Part shown: positions 27,564 to 39,170 of the stretch, one piece after another
Layout of the letters: each line of letters opens with the position of its first letter
How positions within the stretch are numbered: position 1 is the stretch's first letter
Assembly (NCBI RefSeq): GCF_009834535.1
Contig: NC_045697.1
Span: 98,954,001-99,018,000 of the forward strand
Origin: Camelus ferus
Lineage: Eukaryota
Reading direction: 5' to 3'
Length of the DNA stretch: 64,000 nucleotides
Program-made: the position numbers and the translations under genes
The notes under the pieces: model-generated
What the model was told of the DNA's origin: nothing
The model's input: only the letters and a program-made list of their open reading frames with translations
Databases searched by the model: none

Positions 27564-30500
27564 ACTTGCATTGTTTCTATAGCGCAATTATAGCAATCTT
27601 TAAATTTACTTTTCATTACAAATATTTGTCAAGTTTTGTTTCAGAAACATTTTTCCTACTCTCTTGCACATGCACCCAGACACACTACAAAAAACTCATT
27701 CATAACACAGTAAGGGCAAACATTATTCATGTAAACATCTTTCATTAATTTCCCATAATTTAAAAAAATCATAGAATTATAGATATTGAATAAGGCTCAT
27801 AGATTTAGTTCAGATTCCACAAAAGACCAATCAAAGATGCTCGTTAACTGTGATGAGGTTAACTTTTGGTTGTAATAAATGCCGAAAGCATTCCCCTGGC
27901 TTCCAATCCTTAAACATACCTCACAACCTAATCAATGCATTTCAGGATAAAAAGAGAATACAGAAAACCGAGGAGGAAAAACATTTAAAGTAGGGCACTC
28001 AGAACCATGAACCCAACTTTCTTCTATGAAAAGCAGACATGACGTAGTCCCTGTAGTTTCCCAATACATGAATTGAGATTAACGACAGTCATCCAAAATG
28101 TAACCAAATTGTATGTTAAGATACATCGGCATGTGTGTACATATTGCTAGTATACACAGTGAAAATCTGTCATCATATTTATCATTTCACTATATCCAGG
28201 ACCGAAGTGGAAAAAAAAAAACAACCCACTCAAGTTGAATATCATTGTAAGGGAGTGTTCCAGTAAGAGTCAGGGGAGTTGGGAGGTATGTCCTAGGGAT
28301 GTGATTGGTCTTGATGTTAAAACGACTTCTAACAATGATGTGTAAAGTCACAGACAGAGGAAGCAGGGATCTGCATTATCCAAGGATGTCTCTCTCTGGT
28401 TGGAAGTTGGGTGCTTGGGTGCATAGTCTCCCAGAGCTGAGACAGGAAGTGTACTGTGCTGAGAAATGGGCCCCTGGCCAGCAGCACCCTCCTCCGTACT
28501 CTCTGCGAGGTGGAGGCCAGGAGGCAGGGACTGCTGGCAAAACCGTGAAGTCCCACCCGGGGGTCTGAACCCCAACTCCACTGAGGGCAGCCTCCCTGCC
28601 GTGTGAGACTAGGCAGTAAGGGTGGCGGTGGATGGTGGCCAGGAAACCCAGTTCTGAGGTTCACACGGCCACGTCTGGCTTCTGATTCTGCTGCCCTGCA
28701 AAGAAATTGTGCTCCGGATAACTGCACCGGTGTCTCTAATGCCTCTGAGTCACTCACAGGCCCCCAGAGGCCTGGAGTGATGTCACTAAAGGTGGTGACA
28801 CACCTCCACGAGCACCTAACTTCCACCAGGAAGCGGCTGAGGCACTGGGGAAGCCTACAAGCTCTCTCCACGTCAGGTGCAACAACGCGGGGAAGTTGCC
28901 ACGAGTCAGAGTTATCTGTAGGCTTTTGATTTTGTAAAAATCAAAGTTGATCTGCGTTCTATCTCAATAGACTCAGATAATTCTCACCAAAAAAATTTTG
29001 TAATTTGTTTAAATAGCACTGGAATAATTCAACTGCATTTAAATATATTCATTCTACCATGAAAATATTTCATACAAACATCTATTTACATACAAACACA
29101 TTAAAATTTGTGAAAAGGGTTTCCATCCCTGTAGTTGTATGGCTTGAAATAGTGTCATTGCTTTGAATATGTCTGCACACACTTGGCAAAATAAAACCAT
29201 TACAATTTAGTATTTTTAAAATCAAAATGGACACTGAAGCTTCAAATTCCTGAAGGGAAAGATCAAAGGGGAAAAAAAAAAAACAATCTATCAAGTTATC
29301 TCAAGTAGATGTAAATTTAATATATTTTGTAAACCTTTGATCTGTGGCAACTAAACATGACAACTATCAGTCTTGCAACATGGTTTTTGCTTGTTTTTCT
29401 AAAACAAAAGATGTCTGGATTCTAAATCACTACTCTTAAGACAGAAACTTGAGGCAACTGTTTTCAAACAAAGCAAAACAGAAAACGATACCTTTCCTGG
29501 AAGATCTTAAATGCATTTTGCAGTGAGTGATTTAAAATTTCATATATTAAAGGAAATTTACTCAAGTGCCACATACTGACTCACTGAGAAGACAAGCCTT
29601 GAATTCACTGTTCACAGTCACTGCAGTTTCACTTGTTATAATTAAATGTTGTAAATGGTTATACTTGGCCTCCACTTTGGCCTTTTCAGGTTGTTGGTGA
29701 CAAGGAAATTATTTTTCAAGTGTGAAGATCCCCCAGAGGGCAAATCAGTTTAACTGCAGCCCCAGTCAAGTTCAAAGAGGTCTTGAACAACCAGTTTCCT
29801 TCTCAGTTTCTCGGGTAGACCAGGGATGAAGCAGGTTAAAATAAGAACAGGTCCTGCGAAACTCAAGTCTTCCTTGCCTGTTGCTTTTTTAATCTCATCA
29901 TCCTTTGTGTTGGAAATTCAGTCCTTACAGTTGTTTATTTGTGAGTCCATTCAGATGCCCATTTGTGGACATACTCCTACAGATTAGTTCCTATTCCTAA
30001 CTCTAACACAAGATAATATTTTGTCATAGAAAAGCAGCTAAGGAAAGAGCTAGTCATGCAGGAGCTGGACTGAGACGGCTCTGAGTGAATCTCCTGAGAC
30101 CATGGCATCGTATGCCCTCCTCGGCGCCAGCCATTTTGGGGGCGAGCATACAGTTCCTTCTTTATTCCCCACCACATGGAATCGTCCACATTTCTGTTAC
30201 GATGCTGATGAAACTACCTGCTTCCTGACATAATTCCTTCCACAGCAGATGTCCAGATTCAGTAGAAAAACACATCCCCAGGTTTCCCCCAGTCAGACTT
30301 TGGCTCACACAGGGAACAGAGCCTTATTTCCTCACCAGTTAATTCCTTTTGGGACCCCAACCCCCTCGACTGTTTTACCTACCTATCGACAGAGCACAGT
30401 GAATCTCAAGGCCCCCTTCTGAGCCCAACCTGTGACAAAGCCTTACATCTGGGAGTGTGTGTGTGTGTGAGAGAGAGACAAGGGGACGGGAACAGCAGAG

Positions 30501-30877
30501 CCAGGTATGGACGCAGAGTGATGGAGAGAGGTACCTGCAGAGGGTGCAGGAGAGAGGGTCCAAGGGGCACACACAGAGCCGGAGAGACCAGCAGGAGGGG
30601 AGGGAGAGAGGGAGGGGCCAGCTGGCAGGTGGTTATACAGGAACACCAGGCATCCTCACAGACAGAAGAGAAAGAGGAAGGGTCGGTGGAAGACACAGGA
30701 GCCAGAAGGACAAGGAAGAGTGGAGGAAGGATGGGGGTGGGTCATCTTGGGTGTATTGCTTCCTCTGATTTGTCTGAACCTCACAGACACACACTGCCCG
30801 GTTTTAAACCCAGAGAGTTACCGTTCACTATCTCCTTTGTAAAATGGATTCATTGACAACTCTTCAATCACTTTTAT

Positions 30878-30933
30878 GAAAGAAAGAAAAGAAAGAGGAA
30901 GGGAGGAAGGAAGGGAGGAAGGAAGGAAGGAAG
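30878..30933. repeat. (GAAA)n/(GGAA)n purine tract in the SETD7 3' UTR
   Basis: Read directly from the sequence. Confidence 0.9.
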
Positions 30934-32685
30934 AATTCCACTTGAATGGGGTGAGTGAGTAGCCCCTTGGGATAGATATTACACCCCATGGCAGCCTCAG
31001 CCTCCATGGCACAGTATCGCCTCAGGCAGAAAATCCTTGGGAGTTTAGCTGCATCTGAGGTGTGACCTGTGCCCCCCAACCCCCGACTCCCTGACCTGGC
31101 TCCATGACCCAACTGACTGGGGTGAATCAAAGCCATCGTTCCATCCCAAAGACGGTCACTCACTGTGGGACTTGTTTAAAGTAAAGCACCTATCAGAACA
31201 CAAGTCCCAAGACTGCCCGTCTGTCACAGTTTCTGTAACGGTCTCTTCCTACAGAATAGAAGCCATCCTATCCTGGTGCCCTTTCATCTGCAAGCTCTGA
31301 TCAGTTCTCTTCATGGAAGATCTTTCAGGCAGCCCTCGTAACTTCTCATCTCCCTGAAATCATTGCCCCCTAGCTGCCTGCACTGCTGGGGACTGGGGAG
31401 CTCACAGAGGGAAAGGGCCACTTCTGTCACTGTCTTGAGGGCTGAATCCTGTGCCTGGAAGCTGTCAGAACTGAAAGTTGTGAGCAGCCCCGGGTCAAGT
31501 ACTTTTGTTAAGTTCTTCCTCAGAGTGACGTGTAACTGACATGAAATGCAAACTTCCTCTTGCCCTTTTCTTTTCTCTCCTGCTTCCAGCAGGCCTTCCC
31601 TACTCAGCCATTATCACCACAGTGTGGAAGGCTTCAGCTTTCAAGACCAAACTGACTTGGTGACAGATGCCCCTGCGGACAGCTGCAGGTCAGAGTAAGT
31701 GCTGCTTTCCAGAGCCCCCCGCTCCTCCAAGAGGCATCTCAAGAAGACACAGCTATGGCTTGTGGTGAGGGCGCTGACAAAACCCCCAAATTCTCAGAAT
31801 TCATTCAGAGCAATCCCAGTCATGTTACATACCTAGTTAGCTAAACTAAAAAACAGGGATTTTCTCCTTATTTCTGCGGTTGTGATTACACATGGCTAGC
31901 AAAATGGCTGAAATGCTATTGATACCGCTGCTTTTAAACTATACAGGTGTTATTTTTAATTCACGAGGCTTTGAAGCAGGGAGGTGCTTTGAAATTACAA
32001 TGATGAAGAGTTTTAGCGTTAAGGTTTGCTTTGTACCTAGTGATCAGTATGTCTCTCTTAACAGTAGCGATTAAAATAAAAAACAACGAACATTTGAATT
32101 CTGTTTGAGAATTCAAGTTCGCTATTTGACTTTTGAATTCAATTCACTGTGCTACCAGCCAGACTGCTCTAGGTTATGTACATTTAATGTGTACTCAAGG
32201 AGAAAAAAAAACTAGCACTATTAAAGATATTGCAAAATTGCCACAGTTACTGCTTAGAAATACTAATTTCCCTCTCTTCTTTCTTAAAGTATATATTACA
32301 ACTCTTCCATAACTTAATGCAAACAAAGTAAATTCATTTCTTCTCACATCTTAAAGCAAAGATATCTTTGTTTACATGCGAGAATAATAATTCTATAATA
32401 ATAGCCCGGCCCTATGAGCCAGGCCTTTATATCAGGACATAATAATGAAACAGTGATATAGAGAGAGCCAGAGAGACCTACACACTGGCACTGACACGAG
32501 GTCTGTTTGGAAGCTTTCTCTTGTGAAAGATATCTAAGATAGAGGACTAAGGGGTGAAGTGACTCAAAAAAGTGGGGTTCTGTTTGCTAGGGAAAAAACA
32601 AAGCCATTCTATTGCAAGATACAGATCAAAGGTTAAAAGGCAAATTATACTACATTTAGAGAATAAAAATGTAGTAATTCTCTCT

Positions 32686-32699
32686 CCTCCAGATGGCGC
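32686..32699 (+). promoter_or_regulatory. Candidate CTCF site inside the SETD7 3' UTR
   Basis: CCTCCAGATGGCGC is a 13/14 match to CCASYAGRKGGCRS, with a TGTAGT upstream-motif-like word at 32670 and retained CpGs. Confidence 0.4.
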
Positions 32700-33110
32700 G
32701 TATGCAAGCGTGATAACACGGTTTGCAATGGCCATAGAAATAAACCTCATGGAAAAACCACTGACTAAAAATGACTGAAAAACCCCCTTTTCCCTTTTTC
32801 AGTCTAATCATTTGGCATCTCTGAATGTGGTACAGATTTAGACTTGAACCACCCAAGAACATCACGCTGTCTGATGTCAAGCGCTCGGCAATACCTCTCA
32901 GTAGGGCGTCGTTGCGAGGCTAGCTAATTTTAAATCTGGTATGAGTAATACAGTCAAACCTAGTTAGTATTCGAGAAAGTCGTTGCGAACGCAGAGTGAG
33001 AGGATGTGATGTCACAGCATGAGCAGTCCCTGGTTGTCCCGTTGTCGGATGAACGTAGTGCATAGATCCAAGTTTCCATTCCAGGTCTCTGAAGCCCAGA
33101 GCCAGGCCTT

Positions 33111-33291
33111 TCACTTCTGCTGGGTGGCCTGGAAGGCCTTCAGCTCCACCTGGTACCACTCGGGGGCCTCAGGCCCACTCTTTCCCGGGGGGCTGTGGTC
33201 GTAGCCGTAGGCAACGGTGAGTTCCTCGTCGGCCTCCACAGCTCGCAGGGTGCGGATGCATTTGATGGGCCCGAAGCGGGGGTGGACAAAC
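33111..33291 (-). CDS. SETD7: SETD7 exon 8, coding part (181 bp): (L)FVHPRFGPIKCIRTLRAVEADEELTVAYGYDHSPPGKSGPEAPEWYQVELKAFQATQQK*
   Basis: Matches the SET7/9 C-terminus (Y335, Y337, W352). Acceptor gtctag|G at 33292-33293; TGA at 33111-33113. Confidence 0.98.
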
Positions 33292-33399
33292 CTAGACATC
33301 AAGATGCACATGGTCATTCCCGGGCCAGGCTAGGAGGTGCGATGCAGCACCAGAGGGCAGGTGCAGGACTCACCCACGTGCTCTGCCCTGGACACCACT

Positions 33400-33570
33400 G
33401 GTAGGACCTCAGCATGTGGGCCACAGAGGAGCCAGCATCAGTGTGGCTGGACACTCCCAGCTTGGACACGCTCGGCTCCTCCACCCTGACCTGCTGAATC
33501 AGAACCTGCATTTTAACAGCATCTCTAGGTGATTCCTATGTACACGAAAGTTTAAAAAGCATGGCTCTAT
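33400..33570. mobile_element. MER5A-like hAT-Charlie DNA transposon remnant
   Basis: GACCTGCTGAATCAGAACCTGCATTTTAACAG..AGGTGATTCCTATGTACAC..AAGTTT signature. Confidence 0.7.
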
Positions 33571-33639
33571 CTTCCTTTTTGAGCATATTTGGCACTCTAT
33601 TTCTAAACTAACAATCAGGATCCAGAACAAAAATTCATT

Positions 33640-34160
33640 TTTTTAAAATTGAAATATAGTTGATTTACAATGTGGTGTTAGTTTCTGGTGTACAGCACAG
33701 TGATTTTTATACACATATATTATTTTTCACATTCTTTTTCATTATAGATTATTATAAGCTATTGAATATAGTTCCCTGTGCTATACAGGAGGACCTTGTT
33801 GTTTATTGATTCTGTATATAGTAGTTTGTATCTGCTAATCTCAGACTCCTAATTTATCTGCCCCTCACTTTCCCTTTTGGTAACTGTAATTTTGTTTTCT
33901 ATGTCTGTGAGTCTGTTTCTGTTTTGTAAATAAGTTCATTTGTATCATTTTTTAGATTCCACATATAAGTGATATCGTATGGTATTTGTCTTTGACTTAC
34001 GTCACTTAGTATAACAATCGCTAGGTCCATTCATGTTGCTGCAAATGGCATTATTTCACTCTTTTTATGGCTGAGTAGTGTTCCATTGTGTATACATAGA
34101 TGCCACATCTTCTTTAAGCAGTCATCTGTCGATGGACATTTAAGTTGCTTCCATGTCTTG
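33640..34160 (-). mobile_element. LINE-1 3' end fragment (SETD7 intron 7, sense to the gene)
   Basis: L1 3' UTR motifs as in the other copies. Confidence 0.88.
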
Positions 34161-35254
34161 AAAGTGTGTCTTTAATGACAGTGCAGACTGTCAGCACCTC
34201 AGCTCGTCTGGCCTGTGGCATCAGACTACCTGGCTGTGCCTCGGGGCAAGGCTTTACCAGGGCACTCCTGGAGTTGTAAGAAAGAGCCCTTTTCAAAAGC
34301 AAAAGACTCTGTATTCCGTTCTGTACTAGAGAGAAAGTTATTTTCTAGCATAAAAGTAGATGACGATGTCTTTCCCAGAGGAGAGCGGAGACTGCTCTGC
34401 CATCCCGCTGCTTTCCTATTTCCTGTGAAGCATCCTGTAAAAGGAGCGGCATCTCATCCCATAACGAGGCCTCTCAGAACCTCTCAGAAGCCAGGCTAAC
34501 GCTGTGATTCTGTTCCTCTGCCGGAGGCTCCCGGCCTGGCTCACCTGCACAGCTCCCTGCTGAAGAACAGGAGCCAAGGAAGTATTAATAGACTGGTCTC
34601 TGCTAGCAGCTGCCGAAACCCAAAACGGACACATGGAAGGCACGACCAGAAGAATACTAACCTTACTTCTGTATGCATCTGGTCAAATCAGTCTCTCTCA
34701 TTTACAGTTCCATTTTGAACAAAGGGCACTGAGACACCAAAGGAGAAGGTTCCAGGTGCTGCTTTGGATGGCACGCACTGGGTGGGAGAGGAGTATGTCT
34801 GCGGTGTGGGGACAATCTCACCCTCACTCCGAGGGAGCCTCTGTGTCCAAAGCACATTTGATTTGGGTCCGAAGACTCTGGTGTGAGTCCTGGTTCTATC
34901 CATTATTACTGCCTCCTTCTGGAAAGCTCACCTCTGTGTCTCTGAATTTCACTTTCCTCATCTGCAAAATCATGATAACACCAGTGATCCTTAGCCTCCA
35001 AGAGTCTTTGTGGTGACAAAATAGGGTCACATAAATAAAACACCTCACACAGTGCCTGGCACAAATCGAGGAGGCAACTTGCATCAGTTTCCATGTGGGT
35101 CAGCACGCACGGGAGTTGGGGAGAACTCAGCCACGCACAGCTCTCAGACCTGCTCCATCACCGAGGACATCACTGAGCCAGGGATGTGGGAATTCCTTAT
35201 GAAAATCACAACTCCCTGTCTCTATATTAAATATTTTGTTAAAAAATAATATTC

Positions 35255-35725
35255 CACACAGTGGAGTACTACTCAGCCATAAAAAAGAATAAAATAATGT
35301 CATTTGCAGAAACATGGGTGGACCTAGAGAGTATCATACTAAGTGAAGTAAATCAGAGAAAGACAAATAATCATATATCACTTATATGTGGAATCTTAAA
35401 AAAATTACACATGAACTTATTTACAAAACAGAAACAGATTCACAGACATAGAAAACATTTATGGTTACCAAAGGGGAAAGGTCGGGGGAGGGATAAATTA
35501 GGAGTTTGAGATTAACAGATAACACACTACCATATATAAAATAAACAAGGTCCTGTTGTATAGCACAGGGAACTATGTTCAATATCTTGTAAAAGCCTAT
35601 AATGGAAAAGCATATGAAAAAGAATACACATGTGTATATATGAATATATAGAAATGAATCACTTTGCTGTATACCTGAAACTAACACAACACTGTAAGCA
35701 AACTACACTTCAAATGAACAAATAA
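35255..35725 (+). mobile_element. LINE-1 3' end fragment (intron 7, antisense to the gene)
   Basis: ORF 35261..35509 (MEYYSAIKKNKIMSFAETWVDLESIILSEV) is the ORF2 C-terminus, followed by 3' UTR. Confidence 0.9.
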
Positions 35726-35959
35726 TACCCTTGAAATGGGAATTCTAGTTAACCTTCTGATTCACTGAAAAAATCCCATGAGAAGCCTAAGAAGTATTGT
35801 TCTCTGGTCATTTTCTTGCTCATTATCCTTCTTTTCAGGCAGTAGAAAATGGACAGACTGAAAAGAAAGAACTCAGTCTCAGGTGTTGATTCTTCAAGGC
35901 AGCCCTAAGGCACAACAGTTAAGAGTGCTTCTCCACTTTGACCAAGAGCCCTAAGTTTT

Positions 35960-36095
35960 TCTTCCTTTTTTGGGGGGGGGGAGGTAATTAGGTTTATTTA
36001 TTTATTAATTTTTTATTAATGGAGGTACTGGGGATTGAACCCAGGACCTTGTGCATGCTAAGCACACACTCAACCACCGAGCTATACCCTCCCCC
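35960..36095 (-). mobile_element. tRNA-derived SINE (Vic-1 type, long tail)
   Basis: Reverse complement of the SINE head plus the ATAAACCTAATTACCTCCCC tail; flanking GAGCCCT repeats. Confidence 0.9.
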
Positions 36096-37484
36096 TGAGC
36101 CCTGCGTTTCTTGTTGGTGATCTGGGATCAGCAGTAATACTAGTTGCCCCATGGAGTGACTGGGAGGATTGAATGAGATCATGCACAGAAGCCTTGAGCA
36201 CAGCGCCCACCCAGAGGAAGTGCTCAAGAAACACTGGCCGCATGATTAGCCCTCAGACCAAACCTCTGGGCCACGTAGTTCGGCCTCTTGTTGATAAGTT
36301 ACCTATATTTACAACAAGGAAAGTAGATCCTGTCTATCTGTCCCCTTGGCACGTTGTACCAGACTACAGTTAAAACAGCTTCCAGAAGTGTTGTTCTGTT
36401 TATGTTAAAGTGTGCATAACAATACTGGTGATTTTAGAAACAAATGAATGCCATGAGTTAGATCTGATTATTTTTCAGGTAGTCTCCCCATGACCCGAGA
36501 TAACTAATCATTCACATGAAGCTTGGAAAAAAACTCGAAACAGGGACGTGGCTTTGCACAAACGGTTCCTTCTCTTGTCTCCTGTGCTCTCTTCTTTTTG
36601 ATGAGAAAAATCATGTCCTTGCAATGAAATCACAGGACTCATTTGTTTTAAGGAGCTAAGTAGCATTTGTTATCGTTAGTTACCACTGCTTTAAAGGGTT
36701 GTTGTTAAGCTGTGTGCAGCCTGGAACGATGATTTGGCCTAATTCACGCTGGCCATGAAAGCCTTGGAGTTAATAACAGTGTCAGTTTCATTTCACATGA
36801 CACATGTCCTTTGCCATTTCTACTCGCCCTTTAAACAGAAGTTGTAGCTTCAGTACTTGTTAGTGGCTGCCAAGGAGAGCAAGTCACTGCCAGAGCAATT
36901 TTAAAGCCATCTCAGGGATACAAGAAGGGACATTCAAATCATGGCAATTTTCAGATTAAATGCACATGATCTGATCCTGCTTATGTTAACAAGCTAGAGG
37001 ACGCTGGAATGCAAACCACAGCTGAGCAGAAAAGGCTGCACACGGCTGCCTGGCTCCCAGGAGGAACTGGCATTCTCAGGCTGAGCTAAGGACAGCAGCG
37101 ATGAGCTTCCAGAGAATCCCAGCTGTGTCCTTTAAGGACTAGTCAGAGACGCCTGACTGGGAAGAGAGCCTTCAGGGGGCATGTGAAAACTACCAAAATA
37201 TTTGTAGGGCTGCTAAGCAGAAGACAGACTGACACTGTACACAAGAAAGAAAGGGAGATAATTAGGGCCAAAGGCTGGATGTTACAGGGAAAACCATTTG
37301 GGCTCAACAGAAAGAACTTTATAATCATCAGTGCCCAACAGCTAATTCCATAATATCTGTTTGTTCAGACAGCCAGCCGCCTTTGTGCATAACGCTAAGC
37401 CCCTCATCATGGAGGTTTCCAAGAAGAGGTTCACTGAGCAGTTGGAAGGGGAGGCTCAAACCAAAAGGGAGGTTGAATTATTTG

Positions 37485-37845
37485 ATTTTTTAAAAATAAC
37501 AGCTTTATGGAGATATAATTCATATCTCATAAAATTCATTCTTTTCAAGTGTATGATTCAGTGGTTTTCAGTTGTGCAACCATCAGCACTAATTTTAGAA
37601 GCTTTTATCACCCTTAATGGGACCCTCCATACTCATTAGCCATCAACCTCCATCCCCCCATCCCACCCTCAGCTCTGGCAACTGCTGATCTGCCTTCTGT
37701 CTCTATGGCTCGAGTGGACCATTGATATCAATGGAATCATATACTGCATGGTCTCTTGTGACTGGCTTCTTGCACTGAGCACGTTTTCAAGGCTCATCCA
37801 TGCTGTAGCGTGTCACTATTTCATTCCTCTTGATTGCCAGATGAT
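37485..37845 (-). mobile_element. Old L1M 3' fragment
   Basis: AACAGCTTTATGGAGATATAATTCA..AAAATTCA..TCAAGGCTCATCCATGCTGTAGC motifs. Confidence 0.7.
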
Positions 37846-38313
37846 AAGGACTCTGATTTTACAGTTTTTCCCCAACACCAAGACCTCATGCTCTAGGCTT
37901 GAGATTTTATTGTCTTCCTTCCTTTTATATCATAGAGGGATCCCCTAATTTCCACTGTGCAGAGTAATTTCAATTTGTACCATGACTTCAAATAACAGGA
38001 TCCTTAAATTTCCAGAATGAGACAACCGAAAAACAAAAAAGCCACAATAAAACAGTGATCATTAAATCTAGTGTTTCCATAACATTTCTACCATGTTTCC
38101 ATTTCTTAGCCTGCCTGCCAAGGCCCAAGGGTGGGGCTGTTTAGACTCTGAGTTTCCAGTCATAAGCACGAGGCCCCGGGCAGAGGATGCTCAGATATTC
38201 TGAGGGAGCGGTCTGCACCGGGGCAGGATGACACCTTTTCGGTGCCCTGCTCATTCCCGCGGCCCCATGGCACAGACCCGCCCCGGCCACTGGCAGCCCG
38301 GTGTCGTACTCAC

Positions 38314-38471
38314 AGGTCGTAGATGCAGTTTGGAGTGAAGGAGTGATTCGCCTTGTGTCCCAAGGAGGCACGGTACTTGGATACGTGGTTGTAGGGCTCA
38401 GGCACGTCAATGACCGTCTCTTCATCGAGGGAGAGGGTGTTCCCGTTGAGCGCCCAGTCCCTGCTGTCAAC
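38314..38471 (-). CDS. SETD7: SETD7 exon 7 (158 bp): VDSRDWALNGNTLSLDEETVIDVPEPYNHVSKYRASLGHKANHSFTPNCIYD(L)
   Basis: Translated by hand; this frame is absent from the ORF track. Contains the SET signature KANHSFTPNC and Y305. Acceptor ctgcag|GTT, donor CT|gtgagt. Confidence 0.98.
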
Positions 38472-38509
38472 CTGCAGAAAACAAGAAAGCGAACATTGGA
38501 AAGGATCTT

Positions 38510-38637
38510 GTTGGCAGGGAGGATATAGCTCAGGTGGTAGAGCACGTGCTTAGCATGCATGAAGTCCTGGGTTCAATCTCCAGTATCTCCCGTAAAATAA
38601 ATAATAATAAAAATTTAAAAATAATAAAATAAAAACA
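38510..38637 (+). mobile_element. tRNA-derived SINE (Vic-1 type), 39 nt from the exon-7 acceptor
   Basis: SINE head and A-rich tail. TSD GAAAGGA(T/C)CTT at 38499-38509 and 38638-38648. Confidence 0.9.
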
Positions 38638-39044
38638 GAAAGGACCTTCCTCCCAAGAGCTCAAACGACACTGGAGATGTTAACTCATTTATCCTTAAAA
38701 TTCATGATTTGAGTGCCACATACATGAAAACAGCCTAAGGCACCCCTGGCACCTGGATGGGGGCAAACACTGAACACCAATGGTGCAAGAGGCAGTTGTG
38801 GGCAGCACCAGGCAGGTACACTCTTTATTGATTTTTCCTTTATCTTAGATGAAAAAAAGGATTTAAAGTCCCTTATAAAGACACACAAATATAGCCAGAT
38901 GTCTTGAATTAAAAACAGGTGAGTGTTATATAAGTGAGTCAAAGAGGGCCTCTGTGTATTGGCCCCTGGGTTGTTTATCTCTTCACTGTGGGCTGAGACC
39001 TGTTACCTCAAAAGCTCACCCGCACCAAACTCAAAATTGTAGAT

Positions 39045-39170
39045 GGGGAGGGTATAGCTCAGTGGTAGAGCACGTGCTTAGCATGCAGGAGGTCCTGCGT
39101 TCAATCCCTAGTACCACCATTAATAAAATAATAATAATTAAAAAATTAAAAAGAACTATAAAAATAAAAA
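39045..39170 (+). mobile_element. tRNA-derived SINE (Vic-1 type)
   Basis: GGGGAGGGTATAGCTCAGTGGTAGAGCACGTGCTTAGCATGC..GTTCAATCCC plus an A-rich tail. Confidence 0.9.

Larger units (their letters stand above)
27540..33110 (-). other. SETD7: SETD7 long 3' UTR (~5.6 kb)
   Basis: Follows the TGA at 33111-33113 and is almost free of interspersed repeats. ATTAAA at 27558-27563 is followed by a GU-rich stretch. The length agrees with the long mammalian SETD7 mRNA as I recall it; the exact end is inferred. Confidence 0.65.

Noticed and set aside
28305..31163. Clusters of 60-180 aa ORFs in GC-richer 3' UTR patches (similar clusters at 20991-23280 and 44215-44719)
   Set aside because: They overlap on both strands, mostly use non-ATG starts, and show no recognisable domains or splice structure. 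Such ORFs are expected by chance in GC-rich sequence.
33100..33113. Stop-codon readthrough of SETD7
   Set aside because: The context is TGA-AAG, not the TGA-CTAG readthrough motif.
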